A DNA stretch of 64,000 bases from Basidiobolus meristosporus CBS 931.73 (Eukaryota > Fungi > Basidiobolomycota): contig MCFE01000195.1 of NCBI GenBank assembly GCA_002104905.1, positions 62,001-126,000 on the forward strand, in the 5' to 3' direction. The notes beneath the pieces are model-generated. The model worked only from the letters and a program-made list of their open reading frames with translations. It was not told the origin of the DNA and ran no database searches. Made by a program: the position numbers and the translations under genes. Positions 52,401 to 64,000 of this stretch are shown one piece after another. Position 1 is the stretch's first letter. Every line of letters begins with the position of its first letter.

Positions 52401-54200
52401 TATACTGAATTCCATCATAGCCAAGAAGAAATACCAAAAAGTAAACAGCTATTTTCACAAGAGTTGGAAGTGTAGCCAGTCAAGCTACACTCCAGTGAGG
52501 TAGATAAGTCTGCAGAGAAGGGCATTTTGCTCACCACTGCCTCCACATTTCCCCTTGTTGACAGAGTAGAGATCACTCTTACACATAAAGTAACAGTATC
52601 TGGAACTTAAAAGGCTATCACAATGCCTTCAGTGAGATTTGGAACATTAAAAGGCACACCTAGAGGTTGCAGCACTTCTTTGAGAGCAGTGCTCAAGAAA
52701 ATGCACTTGAACATTGCAGGGATTTATTTCAAAGACTGGCAGATGAGGAGATAGACTTTGCAGTGGCTGCTGAAGACCAGGACATATGGGAACCAGTGAA
52801 TGAACAGTGGTATAAAGCTGTAGTGCTCCCACCAAAGTCCAGGAAGCAGAGTGTTGTGGTGGTGTATAAATTCACAGGAGAGATATATCCAACAATTCTT
52901 TAGTGTTTGGTGTGGGATGTTCACTGAGTGTGATAACCTCTGGCAAATGCTTGCTAGGAATACTTGGGTTTTGTCTCTAATCTGATGTGAAGGGGAATGA
53001 AGCCACAAGCTTGTCAAGAGAAAACTATTGAGCTACAATCACAACTTAGTTGGTGTCTTAACAAAAGTATGTGCTGGGTTCAGTGTCCTTTGAGATGACA
53101 ATGTACTAAAGCTTCCAAAGTCAAAACAACTGTAAACTCCACCAGCAGGGACTTGATAAGAATGCAGCTGTGGTCAATAGTTACAAAGACAGAAAAGTAT
53201 CTTTGCCTGTACAAGAACAAACTTGGGAAAGAATCAAATATAATAAAAGATACATAAGGTAAGCAAGTGTGATAGTTAGCCAGCTTATGAGGTATTACCA
53301 ATCAAGTGAGACAAATGAGCTAAAACTAACACAAGGGTAGTAGAAAAATAGGGAAGTAGAAGACATGGGAATGAGCACATCTGTCAGTGGGTGCCACTGT
53401 GACCCCACAACAGTGTTACAGCTAAGTTTCAACAGAATTAATCAATTTGTATGTATGAAAAGTAAGAGAAACAGATGAGTCAGATAGTAAGGAGTATGAA
53501 TACAAGGCAATAGCCAAGAAATGCCTACAAATGTAGGGGTTGATAGAGTGTCTGCAACCAGAAAGTGAGAAAACTGGCAGAGAACCAATCAAAAGCCACT
53601 TTTGTATTGGTGAGATGAAAAATTTTGACCAAGTTTTTGATGATATCTGGGGTAATGTTATTTTTTTGACAGTCTTAGCGCAGCATTCCAATGGGATTAA
53701 TACTTCTTAGTCATGGGACTTGAATTTGTGATGGCCTTGGATGGGATCATCACAACAATTTTTATAGCAGTTGTTGCTACTGGACAAAAACAAAGATGGC
53801 TTCTCTGGATCATTTTTTGTGGGTATGAATTACTAAACAGATGTGGTTCAGGTGGGAGAAAGCCATTGCAGCTCAAAGCTATGTAGGAATCTTTTCTTTG
53901 CCATGCTGTATGTACCATGGTGCCAGGAAATGAGCAAACTCCAGATCAGGCATACATGGAAAGACCTTAACTTTGCTAATGTAGGTCATTATTTTTACCA
54001 TGTATAGAGCCTATATGATGGAGGTACCTGGACCTGAGCTTCATATACACCCTAAGTAAAGTTACTAAATGAAGTAGACTATTACCCAGAAACAAACAAG
54101 CTCCAGATGTGCTGTATATGACAAGCACTGATGGTGACCAAATGTTAATCAACATTGCCCAAATAAGGATCATTGCATAGACCAAAGACTATATTACTTT
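49470..54200. mobile_element. Copy T6 of the CMC-like element: transposase relic (-), spacer, ORF R (+), segment X
   Basis: 49480-50000 resembles 21360-21900, 50380-50760 resembles 22260-22620, 51150-52850 resembles R, and 53418-53700 resembles X. Confidence 0.75.
52855..53412 (-). mobile_element. Internally deleted solo LTR, CpG-site family
   Basis: Both termini present, 4-bp TSD GTGT (52851-52854, 53413-53416). Removing it restores the R sequence. Confidence 0.88.
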
Positions 54201-55693
54201 TACAATCTGAAAATCAAGCCCAACATGTTGTTCAATCTCATACAAATGGTAAAAGTTTCTGCCAAGTACTAATAACAGATCATGCAAATATTTAAGCATT
54301 CTATTTGATAGGCATGCACTTTGTATTGCAGATTACCTGCGCAAATAAGTTGAACACAAATATATATACTGTTGTTACTACATTAGTACAGAATGCAGCA
54401 CAGTTAAACTTTATATGCTTATTGTTGATTGTAAATGCTGATAAATGTTTGATAATTATGGGTATTTTGTTATGTGGAAGAGCTGTTATTTTTGAGTTGT
54501 TGCCTTGATATTCTTGTTCACTTAGTCATAAGGATATTAGTTTGTGATTAGCTTTCTGTTCTGATCTAAACTCCTGTTAGGATTTACTTGGAGTAGTTTC
54601 ACTAAGTTATTAGGGTACCTAGATTAAGACCACTCTTAGGGTTGTAGGAAAGATCCAAATGTTGTGCATATACTTTTGGGACCTTCCTAAGTAAGCTCTA
54701 AAAATTTCTTTGTCTTGCTTTACCAACAGTATAAATACCACAATTTTGATCAATAAATCTACAAGTTTGCAGCATGATAATCCTCAAATTCTCCACATCA
54801 ATGCCAATACTACTCAAATACTGCAACAGATGTTGCAAAAATATACAAATCTTCCTAAATATGCACATGAGTTGGTTACCACAGTTATAAGAGCAATACT
54901 AACCAAATTCCTTGCTGGGACTCACTAATCCTGAATAGCCTGACCAAGAGGTCTCAGGGCCTTGTTTCAACCCCATAGTTGAGAACTAAAGATTGGACCT
55001 TAATCTCACCTATGGAAGGCACCTGAATTGAGTGACCTGAAAACCAAGTACCAACAAGAAGGAACAGGAAAATGCTTTGATAAGCAATACAACCAAAAGG
55101 AAGTAGTAAGGCTCCTTCAAAGGCAACAGCAATCTGTTTTGCAGCTACCTGAAAAAATTAACTCACATCAGCCCAGTGCCTCAGGAGGAGATAAATCGGC
55201 AAAAAAAGTCTGCATATGAAAATGGTGCAATAACTAAAGTTTGATTACCTATATCTGCACTCAATATGACCATAAACAAGGCTTTGCAGATGTGACACAT
55301 TGACCTTAGTGCATCTCAAGTCTTTATACACTCAACAGAATTTTTTGCCTGATATCAAGCAATTCAAATTAAGAAGGTTTTCATGGGTGAAAACATACCA
55401 CTGGATGCATTTGGAGAGGGTGCTATCCAGGTAAGCCTTGGAAGTATTGAAGGGAAGTACACATGTACCCTTAGATATGCATTCTTTATACCAGAAATTC
55501 CCAGAAACTCTCTGTTTGTCAAAAGGTCACAGGTGAAGGGCTCTGTCACAGGTTTTACAATTCTGGATGCACAAGCTTTAATCAAAATGGTGCCCATATT
55601 GCTTTGGATACTAGAGCTCTAAGTCAGCCCAAGCTGAATGCAAAATATGTAACTTAAAGGAAGAAACTCAAATGGATTGGCACAGTAACTTTA

Positions 55694-55961
55694 CCTTATG
55701 AAAAATCACAGCTGGGATTTTGCTGGTATTCAGCTGGTGTTTTTGGTTCAAAGTTTTAAATGCATTTTTTGATGGAAGTAATGGGCAACTATTTACCAAA
55801 CTTGATATGGATGGTAGTTGGCCTAGTCTCCTCCTGGAGGGTTTTTTTCTTATCTGCTCATAAGCTAACAACAGAGATATTGAGAGTAGTCGATTTTGAG
55901 AAACTTGAGATTCAGCTGATATTATAAAGGTATCTTGCTGGCCTTAATCTTTTACTTTGGG
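55694..55961 (-). repeat. MITE-like repeat, copy 3 of 3
   Basis: CC...GGG ends, flanked by TTTA on both sides, and it interrupts the copia relic. Confidence 0.6.
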
Positions 55962-56139
55962 TTTAGGTACAACAATTTTGATTGTTTGAGCCAAATAATC
56001 AAAGTCAGTTAGTTTGTAGGTTAAAAGCTGATCCCCCAGCAAATAGGGAGTACTGAGAAGCCTGCATATATAGAAAACAAGCCTGACAACCACTCAAGAG
56101 CTTTGTGCTAGTACAATATAACAAAAATTAGATTCAATT

Positions 56140-56515
56140 TGTGAATTATTACTGATTGTACTTGGTAGTTGAGAGAGCTTGTAAGTCAAGTCAGTACCCC
56201 TTGGTTCAATATAGTTTCCAGTAGAAGGTAGCAAGGTAGCAAGGTAATCATGACTCATGTTTATTATGTGAAAGATATGTTTCTTTCAACTTGTCACAAT
56301 TGGCTATATACATATCTCACTGAGAGATGCTTGGGCAATAGACAACATGTTTTGAAATAGAGGTACCTTCCTGTTATGGTAAGTGATCTAATTAGGTAAG
56401 GAAAGGAATAGAAGGAAGGACTTGTGAGGGACTCATAGAGAGAATACTTGGGAGACACTGGGTAGGACTTTGGGAGGACTCTTGGGCAAAGAGAGGTTAC
56501 TACAGAGTACTCACA
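56140..56515. mobile_element. Solo LTR (376 bp) of a further family
   Basis: TGTGA...TCACA, flanks CAATT/CCATT (4 of 5 match), and it interrupts the copia integrase relic. Confidence 0.65.
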
Positions 56516-57034
56516 CCATTGACTCAGATCTGCGCAGATATATGCAAAATATATCCTGAGGCAGGATCAAGTATTTAATCCCTTTTACTAATAAAAACAC
56601 TGGATGTATATGGGTTTATTTCATTGAATAAAAGGAAAAAGCGCTGTTTATGCTCAGGGAGCTTTAAGCCATAGTGGAGAGGGAAACTTGTGAAAATTTT
56701 GGAAAATATGCTCAGAAAATGGTGGGCAGTATATCTCAAAACTCTTCATCCACTTATGCAAAACTCATGGTATAAGGCAAGAGACAACAGCACTGTACTT
56801 TCCACAGATAAATGGAGCAGCAGAACATGCAGACAGATTAACAAATGATATTGAGAGATTCATGATCCTTGAGCTAAATTATCTTATAATTTTTGGGCAG
56901 AGATAGTTGCTACAAGCCAGAATATTCAATCAGATAAGTAATAGCTCAAATTACTTTATCAATAAGGGTGCAAACTTAGTCTATGCCTGTTTGGTCCATA
57001 TTAATGAGCCCCAGACTAAATCAGATGCCCTAAA

Positions 57035-57383
57035 TGTTGTGAAAATTTGTAATTCTACCAAAGAACTCACATAATATAGTCACTTGGCTCAACCCCTACA
57101 GCTTGTGGTGAAAACTAACCAAATACCTTCTTGGGATTCACTTGTGATCTTTTCACCAGAAAATCAGATACCCAGATCATGAATATTCTGAAAGTTGTCC
57201 AAACTACCCAAAGCTTTGCACACAAGCTGTTGAGGCCTTCCTAAACCAACTCCACATGTTTGCTATGTCAAGGTCTTGTAAAAGTATGAATACTACTGTT
57301 TTGCTCAGTGAATCACTGAGTGAAAACTGCAAAGTCCACTTGTTCTTCCAATCACTTACAATATCTCTAGGACTCTTACAACT
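57035..57383 (+). repeat. Copia-family LTR inserted at the start of the relic's RT
   Basis: TGTTGTGAAAATTTGTAATTC...CTCTTACAAC. The upstream flank is RT coding sequence rather than a PPT. Confidence 0.75.
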
Positions 57384-57385
57384 GG

Positions 57386-58050
57386 TGTAGTGGGGTCACA
57401 GTGACACCCACTGACAGATGTGCTCATTCCCATATTTTTGACTTTCCTATATTTCTACTACCCTTATATTAGTTTTGTCCCATTTGTCTTACTTGATCAG
57501 TACTATCCCATAAGCTGGCTGACAATCATGCCTGCTTACCTTATTGCATGAGTTATCCCTTACTGTATGTAAGATAACTCAATGTAGGTACTTCTATATT
57601 AGACAGGTACCTGTGCCAGTTCCCATGACACATGACCACACTGTGTTGCTATTCCTGCTACTTTGATACCATATATAGTATCCTTATGTTACACAGGTTT
57701 CAGAATACTGATTCCTGATTGGTTGACTGTGCTATGCCTTTGAAAACCTTCTGGCACCTACTTATGGCATTCATAGCTCATTCTGATGTCATCAAGATTT
57801 CTATCTGACCCTTGGAACCTTCTGGAGCAGTATGATTAATAATCACCTAGCCAGTGAGAAAAGTATATAAGGGAGGCAATCCCTCAACAATAAATCATCA
57901 ACCCTTTTATCAATATACCAACTTGTTGATTAGTGTGATTACTGCTGCCTGTTGCTACCTGAACTTCCAATTCCAGACTACAGGACACTCCCAGGAAATC
58001 ATGCTGACAGCCAACTGGCATTGTAGGCACTACGTGTGAGGAATATTCAG
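57386..58050 (+). repeat. Truncated LTR, CpG-site family
   Basis: Collinear with 34948-35610 and abuts the chromodomain WEP codons at 58051. Confidence 0.85.
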
Positions 58051-61000
58051 GGTTCCCAAGTTTGATCATTTGGGCTGTAGCTTACCTAGTCTACAAGATG
58101 GTGAAGTTGGGATCTGATGTACCTTGAATCCAATACTTGCTGGAACTCAAACTCTTGGTGTTTGTCTACTTGGATGGTCAGGAGATTAGCTGGGTGCTGG
58201 TTGGGTAGACTATTGTCCTGGAATGGTTCTAGGAGGGATGCATGGAATGTGTCATGTATTTTCATACTTAGTGGTACCTGTAGTTGGTATACCATTGGAC
58301 TATGTTTCTTCTTGATCTTGAATGGTCCCAGTATCTTGTAGTATAATTAGTGACAATGGCAGCAGGTAGCAATGTTTCTTCTCAGGAGTTATACTGAATC
58401 TCCTGCATTATGCTTTGGGCTAGGCTGCTGTTTGTTGTCTGCAAACTTCTTGTACCCCTCATGGGCTAAGGATAGTTCCTTGGATTTTTAGAATTGTTGA
58501 TGCATGCTCAGCTGCAGGGGGGCTCATAGGGCTTGTTGAGATCTAAATGTTAGATTACTGATGAAAACCACAATTTTTATAGAATGAGGTGAGACAAGTT
58601 GCATTGTGACATGAGTTGTTGTAGACAAGTTCTGCAAGTGGTAGCACCTGGGTCCAGTTGTCTTGCTGATAGTTAATATAGCACCATAGGTATTATTCAA
58701 GGATCTGGTTAAATCTCTCTGTCTGACCATCAGACTGAGGATGAAAAGTGGTTGAGAGCTTGACTTTCAAACCAAGATATTGTATGAAGTGTTTCCAGAA
58801 TCTTGATATGAACTGGGGTACTCTATTAGATACAATGTTACTAGGGATACCATGGAGCCAGAAAATGCTATTGATTACTAGGGGGACAGTCTCCTTGGCT
58901 TCTATATTCTTGGGGCAGGGAATGAAGTGAGCCATCTTTGTGAGTTTATCTGCCACTACCAGGACTGAATTGAATCAGTTGGATTCTGGGATGTTGGTTA
59001 TTAAGTTCATTGAAATTGACTTCCATTGCTGGTCAGGAATTGACAATGGTTGAAAAAGTTCAAATGGCTTGTGTCTGGCAGATTTTGCACAATTACATGT
59101 ACCACAGGATTGGAGGTACTCCTTGACAAGGGATATCATCTTGGGCCACTAGAAGTCACTCTTAATTGCATTCATGATTTTGGCAATACCAAAATATCCT
59201 GCAGCCATAGAATCATGGCAAGCATGGATGATATCCAACAGGGTATCAAGGTCTGGGACAAGCCATTGGTGCCAGTGATAGATGATGTCATCAACTAGAT
59301 GTAAGTGCAGGAGGTTTGGAACCAGGGTGGTGGGTCGGTGGGAGACATGAGGTATTTCTTAATTGTTGCTGCTGTGAAGTTAATGGCTTGACAGGTCTTG
59401 ACTTTCTCAAATAGTAAAGGAGCTATAGTGCTGGATGACTGGGTTGCAAGGTGCTCAAAATGTCTTTTGTTGAGTACAGGGTTTTTCATTTGCCAACAGG
59501 GATCATCCCCTTCTTTGAGAGAATATGCCATCTTTCTGGACAGGGCATCAGGTTTTCCTTGTTTTACACCTGGTCTATAAGTGATGACAACGTCAAAGTT
59601 AGACAGAAAGAGGGATCATCTGGCTTGTCTCCAGCTCAGTGCCTTTGAGGTGGTAAAGTACTCAAGGTTCTTGTGGTTACAGAAGATCCTTATCTTTTGG
59701 GCTGCACCATTTAGGCAGTGTCTTCATTGCTCAAAGGCAACAATGATTGCAAGTAGTTCCTTGTCTTGGATATCATAGTTTACTGCAGCTGGAGTAAATT
59801 TTCAAGAGTAGAATGCAATAGGTTGTAGCATGTTCTTGTCATCATACTGGGAAAGGATGGCACCAAGGGCAAAGTCAGAGGCATTAGTTTCTATGATGAA
59901 AGGTCTCTTAAGGTCAGGGTGGGCAAGCAGTGGGGCATACAAGAAGGACATCTTCATAGAATCAAAGAACTCAGACTGTTCCTTATTCCAGGCAAAGGGC
60001 AGATTTTTCTGGTTAAGCATTGTTAAGGGCATGACTATCTTGGAGTAGTGGAAATGAATCTACAGTAGTAGTAGTAAGTTGGCAAATCCAAGGAAGTATT
60101 GCACTTATTTTACAGAACAGGGAGTTTTCCAGGATTGGATGGCTTCTACTTTGTTATGGTCCATTCTTGTCCCATTTAAGCTTACAAGATAGCATAGGAA
60201 CTCAACTACTTTCTGGCCAAGCTCACATTTTTCCAGTTTGATACAAAGGCCAGTGGTGTCAAGCTTGGTTAAGACTTTCTTCAAATGGGAATTATATTCT
60301 TTTTGAGTCTTGGAGTAGATCAGGGTATCATCAAGATAGATAGCCACATAATGGTCAAGGTACTCACAGAAAATGTCATTGATCAGGTGTTCAAGGACAA
60401 CAGGGGCATTGGTGAGGCCAAATGGCATAACTGTATACTCAAAGTGACCATATTGTGTTCTGAAGGCAGTTTTCCATTCATTGACAGGCTTGATTCTTAC
60501 AAGGTTATAAGCTCCTCTGAAGTCAATTTTAGTAAATACTTTGGCAGTAGAGAGTTGATTCATCAGGGTGTTGATCAGGGGCAAAGGGTACTGGTTCTTG
60601 ATTGTGATCTTACTCAGTGCACAGTAGTGTACACACATTCTCAGGGTGCCATGGATTTCTTCCAACTTGGGTTGCAAAAGGTTGTAGATATGGCCAAAAG
60701 GTGGGGTTTTTCCATCTGCCAGGTCAATGGGACAATCATAGGGTCTATGTGCTATTCTTATCAAACAGATGGGCAAGCTCTTGATACCTGGCAGGTATTC
60801 TATGGAAGGAGGTTCTTTCAGTGATGATGAGCACCCAGGTCCAGGGTAGCTTGGGAAAAGATACTTCTTCACCTGAGAAGTCATGTGCTTTTATGCAGCT
60901 GACTTGATGTACTCTGGGGAATGTCAGGGTTTTGGTCTTCCAGTTGATAGCTGGGTTATGGTAACTAAGCCATTAGCTTCTACGGACTATGGGGTGGTGG

Positions 61001-62290
61001 AGAGAGTTGATGATGTTGAAGGCTATTATCTCATGTTGACCAGTGCTGGACTGCTGGAGTAGACATGTTTCATGGGTATTGGCACCAGATGAAAGGGATC
61101 TTCCATCAATAACTTCTACTTGGATATGACATGATTTCAGGATAGTGGGGAATTTGTGCTTCTGAACAAATGACTGGTCAAGGAGACAGGAGGAAGCGCC
61201 AGAATCTATAAGGACTAGGACATGGACAGGACTGGACTTATGGACTTGATAGTGTATAAGTTTCTTGAATGTTTTATATTTTCATGGGAGGGTCCAGTTG
61301 CAAGCCTGTCTTTGTAACTGTACAATGGAGTTTCCCTACAATTTTGGAGAAGGCTCTGCACTGGATGATTGCAGAAGTTTGAAGCTGGACTTATTGTTGG
61401 GGCAAGACTTGATAAAGTGGCCTGGCTGGCCGCAGTAAAGGCAGAGGTTTGCCTGTTGATATCTGGATCTTTCTTCTTTTGTAGGTTTCTTGTATTTAGC
61501 ACTGTCAATTTGCTTAGGATCATTGGGCTTATTAGCGGGTGACTGGAATACTGGGAATGAGGTTGGCTGATAAGTAGGTCAGAACTTTTGTTTCTTCTGG
61601 AAAAGTTAACTTTGTCACATTGGATTGCTTGATGTATAGCTTCACCCAAGGTAGTTGAGTCAGGGAGTGTAAGTAGTAGGTCACTGACTTTGTCATTGAG
61701 CCAATCTTGAAACTGACTAACTAGGGCAGTATCACCCCAAAGGCTCAAGTCACTGGCTAGTATCCAGAATTTGTAAGCCTACACAGTTGCAGGTCTGTTT
61801 CCTTGCTTCAAGTTCTTAATCTTGCTGGCAGCAGTTCTGGCTTTGTCAATGTTGCCAAAGGTTAGCTCCATTTCTGTGAGGATGGCATGGTAGTCACTGA
61901 GTAGAGGGGAGTTGGTGTTCAACAAAGTGGAGAACCATTTCTGGGCAGTTCCAGTGAGCAGGTAGAGATATAATCAACTTTTGCTTGATCTGTTGGGAAC
62001 CAATTTGGTTGTAGCTACAAGTGGAGCTTGACTATGTTAACCATGGAACTCATTTTGGGAGCCACTGAACTTGGTAGTGGAAGTGATCTTGGGATCATGG
62101 TAGGAAGGAGTATGGAAAGGCTGTTGAGGATTTTGGCTCTGAAGCTGAGCAACAGTATTTCTGAGTTCTACATTGTCTTGTTGCAGCTAGGCAAAGGAAG
62201 CATGACACTTGCAAAGTTGTACTCTGGACTGGACATGTTGAGGTAGCAGGAGGTTGAGAGGTTTCTTGAGCTTGTTCCGGAATACTGGAT
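58051..62290 (-). mobile_element. Degenerate chromovirus (Ty3/gypsy with chromodomain)
   Basis: gag with CLYCGQPGHFIKSC, protease LIDSGASSC, RT YLDDTLIYS, RNase H ASDFALGAILSQ, integrase DKLTKMAHFIPC/FHPQSDGQTER, chromodomain EFEFQQVLDSR...TWEP. No clear 5' LTR. Confidence 0.92.
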
Positions 62291-62374
62291 ATTACTAGCT
62301 AATATGCGAGTTATAAAGCCACTAGCTTGTCAAAATACAATTATTAAACCAATCAATAAACAAAAGACTTATAT

Positions 62375-64000
62375 TTGGCTGCAATAGCCAATATTAATGT
62401 GATATACTTAAACTTGGCTACTGGTGCAAAGGTCTCAGTATAGTTGAGTCCTTTTATTTGAGAGTATCCTTTGGCCACAAGTCTTGCTTTGCATCTTTCT
62501 ATTATATTCTCAGGCTGGTTTTTTGTCTTGAAGGCCCATCTGTGTCCAATTTATTTTTGTTTAATTGGCAATTTGACTAAGATGCTCAATATGGACTGAA
62601 TAGGCATAGTCTGAGTTTTTACCCTCATTAACATAGTAGACTTGTTCCATTGTGCCATTGATCATAGTGCCAGTAAGTGCTGTATATTTTATTATTAATA
62701 TGATATTTTAGGGTCATATTTATGTCAATTGTGATCCCAAACCGGCAATGTATGGCACTATCTGGCACTCTGTGGCATGATCAGGCACCCTCTGGCATTC
62801 TTTGACACTATTGGGGACTATGATCAGCTGGAATGATGGAACAAATCTAGCAAAACAGGTTATATCTTGTCTGGTTGGGTCTTTGGGCACTTGATACTGA
62901 TTGGATCTCCGGGCATTTGATACTGGAATGATCACTTCTGGGATATTCTTGGGCACTGATTTAGGCTGAGCCGTGGTTTTAGAGTCTACTGGAGTGAAAT
63001 AATCACAATGTTTTGCTCTGATTCAGCCCTGACAATTAGTGGACTCAAGATCTTAATTTTATCATCATCTGAAGTCATTTTTTGTGAAAATTTGATTTTT
63101 CATCAAACAACACATCCCTGGACTTTATCAGCTTCTCTGCTATGGTATGGTGGAGTATGTATGCTAAACTTGCATTGCAGCAGCCCAAAAAAAGCATTTA
63201 TAACTTTTAGTTCCAATTTAGACTGTTTTCCAGGCAGCTTCTTGCCATTTGCTCTACACCAAAATCTCTTGAGATGCTCTGTACCTGATCTCTATCCATA
63301 CCATGCTTCAAATGGAGTAGAATTGCAGAGTATTCTGTGATGGCTTCTATTTTTAAAGTATAGAGCAGTTGCAAATGATTCCATTCAGAAATCATAGGAT
63401 AATATCTCATTATGATTAATAGACTTGCCATATCAGTTATTGTTCTGTTTGTATATTCTGCCACTGCATTTTGCTATAAAAAGTATGGTGCAGTAGTCTC
63501 TTGCTTTATCCCATGAATTTTGCATAGGTGAATGAAGAGTTTTGAGGTGTATTCTCCAGCATTGTCAGAGCATATATTCTTAACTTTTCACCAGTGTCTC
63601 ACTCTACCATGACTTTAAACTCCTTGGGCTTAGACAGAGCTTCTACCTTTCTCTACATGCAGTAGACCCACAAGTTGTATAATCATCAATGAAAGTGATT
63701 AAATACTTCATCCCACCTAAGAAAAAATAGATCTAATTCACTCAGATCTGTGTGAATTAGATCTATTTTTTCTTAGTTTTGATCAACCCAGAGCTCTTGA
63801 ATTGTTACTTGGCTTGTTACCAATGTATGCAGACTTCACAGTGCTCCACATTAACCAGGGGATCAATTTTACTCCAGAAAATAGCTGATCCTTGATCATG
63901 TTGTGCAAAAAATCAAAATTGAGGTGTCCAAATCACCTGTACCAGAGCATTGGTGTTTCTTCATTTAAGTTATTTATATTGGCATTCAGATATGGTGGAA
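62375..64000 (-). pseudogene. Degenerate copia pol (GAG-pre-integrase, IN, start of RT), runs off the window edge
   Basis: Reverse complement is collinear with about 9850-11350 of element B. Extra sequence with TGGCAC repeats near 62680-62880. Confidence 0.85.
63717..63776. repeat. Perfect 25-bp inverted repeat with 10-nt spacer
   Basis: CTAAGAAAAAATAGATCTAATTCAC-TCAGATCTGT-GTGAATTAGATCTATTTTTTCTTAG. Confidence 0.95.

Larger units (their letters stand above)
54520..57034 (+). pseudogene. Highly degenerate copia relic (LTR remnants, gag, PR, IN, start of RT)
   Basis: Collinear patches with element B (ATCCTGAATAGCCTGAC, TTAAGAAGGTTTTCATGGGTGA, GAAGCCTGCATATA, ACTCAGATCTG). Confidence 0.75.

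Noticed and set aside
60285-60824. 179-aa plus-strand ORF
   Set aside because: Exactly antisense to the chromovirus RT.

Overview
Eukaryotic DNA, probably fungal (the primer-binding sites match the fungal-type initiator-tRNA anticodon arm GGGCUCAUAACC). I recognise no host gene. The 64 kb is a nested stack of transposable elements. (1) A Ty1/copia family: element A (3929-13522, TSD TATAC) has a sibling B (8294-12977, TSD ATATT) inserted in its own 3' LTR, and there are at least four older relics. (2) A Ty3/gypsy family at four ages: intact G1 (14463-19400, 1377-aa gag-pol, identical LTRs, TSD GAAT), near-identical G2 (42896-47833, one frameshift, TSD CATG), decayed G3 (31135-34947) and two solo LTRs. 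(3) A decayed chromovirus (58051-62290). (4) Several solo-LTR families. One of them (about 1.07 kb) sits at 4-bp sites centred on CpG in a CpG-poor region. (5) The substrate under most of this: at least six pieces of a CMC/EnSpm(CACTA)-like DNA transposon carrying a transposase head-to-head with a large uncharacterised ORF ('R'). (6) A PIF/Harbinger-type transposase relic, a small CCC...GGG MITE-like repeat, and copia-type termini enclosing about 2.6 kb of unidentified sequence. All alignments and mismatch counts were done by eye, and boundaries of old relics are approximate.
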